Shown: piece by piece, positions 49,121 to 53,467 of the stretch
Numbering within the stretch: position 1 is the first letter of the stretch
Layout: every line of letters starts with the position of its first letter
Position numbers and translations under genes: made by a program
Assembly (NCBI RefSeq): GCF_006345805.1
Contig: NW_021833672.1
Location: 1-53,467 of the forward strand
Length of the DNA stretch: 53,467 bases
Origin: Octopus sinensis
Lineage: Eukaryota
Direction of reading: 5' to 3'
Notes under the pieces: model-generated
Database searches by the model: none
Told to the model about the DNA's origin: nothing
Seen by the model: the letters and a program-made list of their open reading frames with translations, nothing else

Positions 49121-49611
49121 TCTATATAATAAAAACTCTAGTTGTGTGAGTGTCTGTCCCCTTCGATTTAGATTCCTAACTCCTCCCACATTTTGCGGTG
49201 CAGTTTAACCAAATTCGGGTATCTTATAGTCGTGATTCATATCGAGCCCGTCTGACTATTAGCGCGCGTCAACGATGAGTCTACGATTTTAAAAATAAGT
49301 TAACATCATTTTTTATTCCATTTTAATGCATAAAATGCATCGTATGTCGATGGCGGCGGAGTTGGCGTCCACGCTCACAGCTGCACCTGTTGCTTCTCCC
49401 CTTCCCTCCCTCGTGAAGCTGTGGGGAAGGGAGTGTAAAGAAATCAAGGTCGTAATGCGTTGTGAAGCAGACCAGCGTTCTTTTAGAACAACGACTTCAT
49501 GGCTTGAAGACCACCAAAACAAAAATGGCTAAGAAAGCCCGAATTGGCATCTAAAAATGCTTATATAGTTATTTCCCTTACAAACCCGAACAACGCCGGC
49601 GATACTGCTAG
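49121..49611 (+). mobile_element. Non-autonomous Helitron variant with a different GC-rich interior
   Basis: Same TC 5' end, hairpin and CTAG 3' end as the other two copies; 49325-49550 has no counterpart in them. Confidence 0.85.
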
Positions 49612-49643
<32 letters not shown>

Positions 49644-49779
49644 ATATAAATATACATACATATATACAAACATACAAACACACATATACTTAGAGAAAGA
49701 AATAGAGAGTGAAGAATGAGAGGGGAAGAAATACGAAGCGGCTAGAACAAATACGGCAGTGCATCTGCATTACACGCTA

Positions 49780-50170
49780 TAGATATGGCAAATCTACGTA
49801 GACGTGACTGAAACCCGATGCATACAGGACAGATACACATTACTACTGTATAATTCAATCGAAACTTCTTGATTGATATGTGTTAATCAAAGCCAACGAC
49901 AAGTCTATGTCCCGCTATCTCTATGACGCTTGAGATTGAGTTTCTTCCAAAGATCTCGTACTTGTACAAGTTTGAGAGAATATGATAATGCATATCAAAG
50001 ACAGATTTCATCGTCGATGTAGAACCTAGACTAACGTTAAAGAATTAATTTCTCAGAGACGCCATCCTGATTAAAAGCAATGCAATCAAGATTATCGATT
50101 CTAAGGATATTCATTACTCATATCTGACGAGACACACTAATGTCGAAACATCGGTTGTCTTAGGGTACCA
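49780..50170 (+). mobile_element. Decayed Penelope-like GIY-YIG 3' end followed by a hammerhead
   Basis: IYVDVTETR..QDR and LRDAILIKS remnants; HHR CTGACGA-GACA cactaa TGTC-GAAA-CA tcggt TG-TC at 50124-50159. Confidence 0.65.
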
Positions 50171-50849
50171 TGCGCAAATGAATCGAGTGTTTTATGGACA
50201 TTCATTCGTCACGGAGGAGTTGTCCTCCTGTGACGAAACATAACAACTATTATTAGAGATTCATGTTCGAATCTGCTGGAACGTGTTAAGAATAAAAATC
50301 GGTTTTAGATATTGTTACAAGGACAACAATCCTGTGGAGGATGTAAGTCGGTTGCGTCCCCCACCACTGTTCAATTGGTACTTATTTTCTCGACCCTGAA
50401 AGGATGAATGGCAAATTCGACCCCGATAGAATTTGAACTCAGAACGCAAAACCGCGCGAATTGCGAGCTAAGTGTTTTGTCCAGTATGCTAACGATTCTT
50501 CCAGCCCTCTTGTGATCAATTAATTGCAGCACCTAAAATTGATGATCTTGGGGTTAAATTACAAACAATTATTATTGTTATAAATATTTCCCTCACAATC
50601 ATCCGTAGACGCAGTGGTATAATCACATTAGTATTAGTAGTTGTAGTTGTAATAGTAGATGTTATTATCGCTGTTGGAATTGCCCAATCAATTGCTAACA
50701 CAGATCAAGGCTTCCATAATTAAATTTCTGTGAAGCATCACCATACTGAATCCACAAAAATGGTAAACAGTCAAAGTGAATATCTAAAATGAAGTGTAAG
50801 TAGATTATGAAAAAGAAAAAAGAAAAACAGAATATAAAAAAACTTCATA

Positions 50850-51296
50850 GGCGCAGGAGTGGCTGTGTGGTAAATAGCTTGCTTACCAACCACATGGTTC
50901 CGGGTTCAGTCCCACGGCGTGGCATCTTCTGCTATAGCCTCGGGCTGACCAATGCCTTGTGAGTGGATTTGGTAGACGGAAACTGAAAGAAGCCTGTCGT
51001 ATATACGTATATATGTGTATATACGTATATATACGTATATATACGTATATATGTGTATATGTGTGTGTATATGTTTGTGTGTCTGTGTTTTTCCCCACCC
51101 CAACATCGCTTGACAACCGATGCTGCTGTGTTTACGTCCCCGTAACTTAGCGGTTCGGCAAAATGGACCGATAGAATAAGTACTGGGCTTACAAAGAATA
51201 AGTCCCGGGGTCGATTTGCTCGACTAAAGGCGGTGCTCCAGTATGGCCGCAGTCAAATGACTGAAACAAGTAAAAGAGTAAAAGAGAGTAAAGAGT
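50850..51296 (+). mobile_element. SINE family A, small deletion in the CORE-like region
   Basis: Full head and tail; gtggcatcttctgctatag lacks the gggcaagtgt segment. Confidence 0.88.
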
Positions 51297-51401
51297 ATGA
51301 CATCACGACAGCGTTGAATGTAATGTAGTATGTATGTTTTTACATAGTATTCGATGAAGATAAAGTTATATCACAAACACTCATCTACACAGACAAAGCG
51401 T

Positions 51402-51420
51402 CGCCATCTTGCGGCCATCT
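51402..51420 (-). promoter_or_regulatory. YY1-consensus motif(s) CAAGATGGCG; possible promoter/TSS of a minus-strand gene
   Basis: Exact CAAGATGGCG plus adjacent GAGATGGCC in a CpG-richer patch (51390-51540). Confidence 0.4.
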
Positions 51421-51559
51421 CATTCTGAACAGCTGCGGTAATTTAGCCAAAGCCATACATCTATATACTGTATACTGTAAACCCTCGACTATCGCGGTTG
51501 TTACGTTCCAACGCGCATTGCGGCATGTGAAAATCCACAAAGTTGAAACAGTACTGTAC

Positions 51560-51594
<35 letters not shown>

Positions 51595-51776
51595 CATTAT
51601 TTTTATAATTTGTATATATTTATTTCAATACAAATGCAAAATATCAACACGGTGGAATCGACGTAAGTTAAAATAATAAACAACGATATGACGAAGGATT
51701 ACTGTATATATATATATGTATACACACGCACACACACACACACACCACACACACACACACACCACACACATAGATA

Positions 51777-52064
51777 TGGAGGCAAATGGCCTAGTCGTTA
51801 GCGCAACGGACTCGCGGTCGAGGGATCGCGGGTTCGAATCTCAGACCGGGTGATGTGTGTGTTTATGAGCGAAAAACCTAAGCTCCACGTGGCTCCGGCA
51901 GAACTTATTCCGCTGACTCTTTCGCCACATCTTTCTCTCACTCTTTCCCCCTGAATCTTACAGCTCACCTGCGACGGACCGGCGTCGCGTCCAGGTGGGG
52001 AACCTATACGCCAAGGAAACCGGGAAACCGGTCCTTATGAGCCAGGTATGGCTCGAGAAGGAAC
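51777..52064 (+). mobile_element. SINE family C (third, V-domain-like tail)
   Basis: Same tRNA head as 4753 and 22068; tail cctgcgacggaccggcgtcgcgtccagg…gaaaccgggaaaccggtccttatgagcc. Confidence 0.85.
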
Positions 52065-53467
52065 ACACACGGATATATAATGTAAACAGAGTTAGCGGTT
52101 ATAATAGGCGACTAAGCGATAAAATATCCGTATATACTATCGGTATCCGTAACCCATGTTATCTCTGGGTATGCAGACACACTAATGCTCGTAGTTTATC
52201 AGGAAACAAATATAAATAATCAGAAAATGGAGAAAATCTCAGATCAACAAGCACTTCAATTGGACCACGTTTATAGCTTATTATTTAATACAGAACATGG
52301 CATAACATTTATGTGACATAACAAATGTTACGGCCGTTTCCACATCCGGTACCGATCAATGTTTGCAAAAAGCTCTTCATCTTAATAGGACATTTGAATC
52401 AGGGCACGGTGGTTCATCAGAGTAAAACAGAAACATCCAAAATAAACAAAAGGAAGAAGGAATAAAAAAGAAAACATGGCCTAGAAAAGAAGTCTAGAAG
52501 CCCAAAATGTTAAAAGCATATTAATCTACCATCTTAGAGCTGCGAAGTTCGTTGGTAAGAGAGTGAACTAGTATTGGTTTAGGGAGTGAAACAATTTTTA
52601 TGGATAATCGCAATATAAAAGTGAACCAAAATGTCCTAAAAGTTATGAAAAGAAATCATTAAAAATAATAATAATGATAATAATACAAGGAAACTTTCTA
52701 ACATGACTGTTAATGGACATTACATATGCTAAGGAAAAATCTCAAGTTAGAATGTATCCAAAACATTACCGCAGGGCGCTTAGGATAGTGTACTCATAGA
52801 AATATTACCGAGGACCCCAACTGTTGTCCGCAATGGGACAAGTTGAGTCCAGCGATCTCTACAACTGGTCAATTATATTTGAACCGATGGGATAAGTTAA
52901 AACCGTTTCAATGCATTTGTAAATATAGATAAAATAAATAAGAAAATAATTAAAGGGTACGGAGAAGCAGACAATGATATAAGTGGTACGGGGTCTCTTA
53001 AGTCCTTCTGCAGTTTATCTGCACATGTGTGGGATATATTAAATATATCTCACACGGTTTTATAAGATTTGCGTTAAGCACACCTGTATTATAAAGGAAA
53101 ACTGTTTATCGATTACCTGAATTTTGTGTCTTCTATCGATGCCTATATTATTCATATAGCTCATATTCTGAGCACTACATGGTTGATCTATATTCCGAAT
53201 TAATTAATTCATTCTTTCCTTAAGGGCACAAATCGTGTGTCGTATAGCCAGCTGGAGACGATGTCTTCTGGGGATAGACAACAGCAGCATTCGCCTCAAA
53301 ATAGAACTGCCACATTAAGTTGGCAAAAAAATCGATGGTGTATAAATTCAAATATAGGAATTATAAAATTAACTGACAAGATCAAGACGTGCACAAGGAC
53401 AGTAATTAAGAAGATGATATATGCAGACGTGTCTCACTAAAAAGGGAGAGTTTTTGATGGGGTTCCG

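Overview
This is AT-rich, microsatellite-saturated animal genomic DNA. The tRNA-derived SINE families point to a coleoid cephalopod, most likely Octopus (inference). Most of the ORF track is artefact from (TA)n/(CA)n/(ATT)n repeats. Well-supported content: four SINE families in more than 20 copies; one long-TIR DD34E Tc1 element with a frameshifted transposase (13227-14832); two copies of a non-autonomous mariner built from two 5' ends; three non-autonomous Helitrons; CR1 and L1/Tx1 LINE fragments; and several Penelope-like (RT/GIY-YIG) fragments. The most striking signal is a set of about eight unrelated minimal type I hammerhead ribozyme (HHR) motifs, most with a self-complementary stem III that differs between families. 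One is a coding-less ~362-bp tandem unit carrying an HHR with a U3:A8 covariant core (20956-22067), a retrozyme/circRNA-like candidate. Another is a fully canonical HHR (46754-46838) downstream of an uninterrupted GIY-YIG ORF. A few phase-compatible GC-richer segments may be exons of an unidentified minus-strand host gene (low-moderate confidence). No true tRNA, rRNA or CRISPR array is supported.
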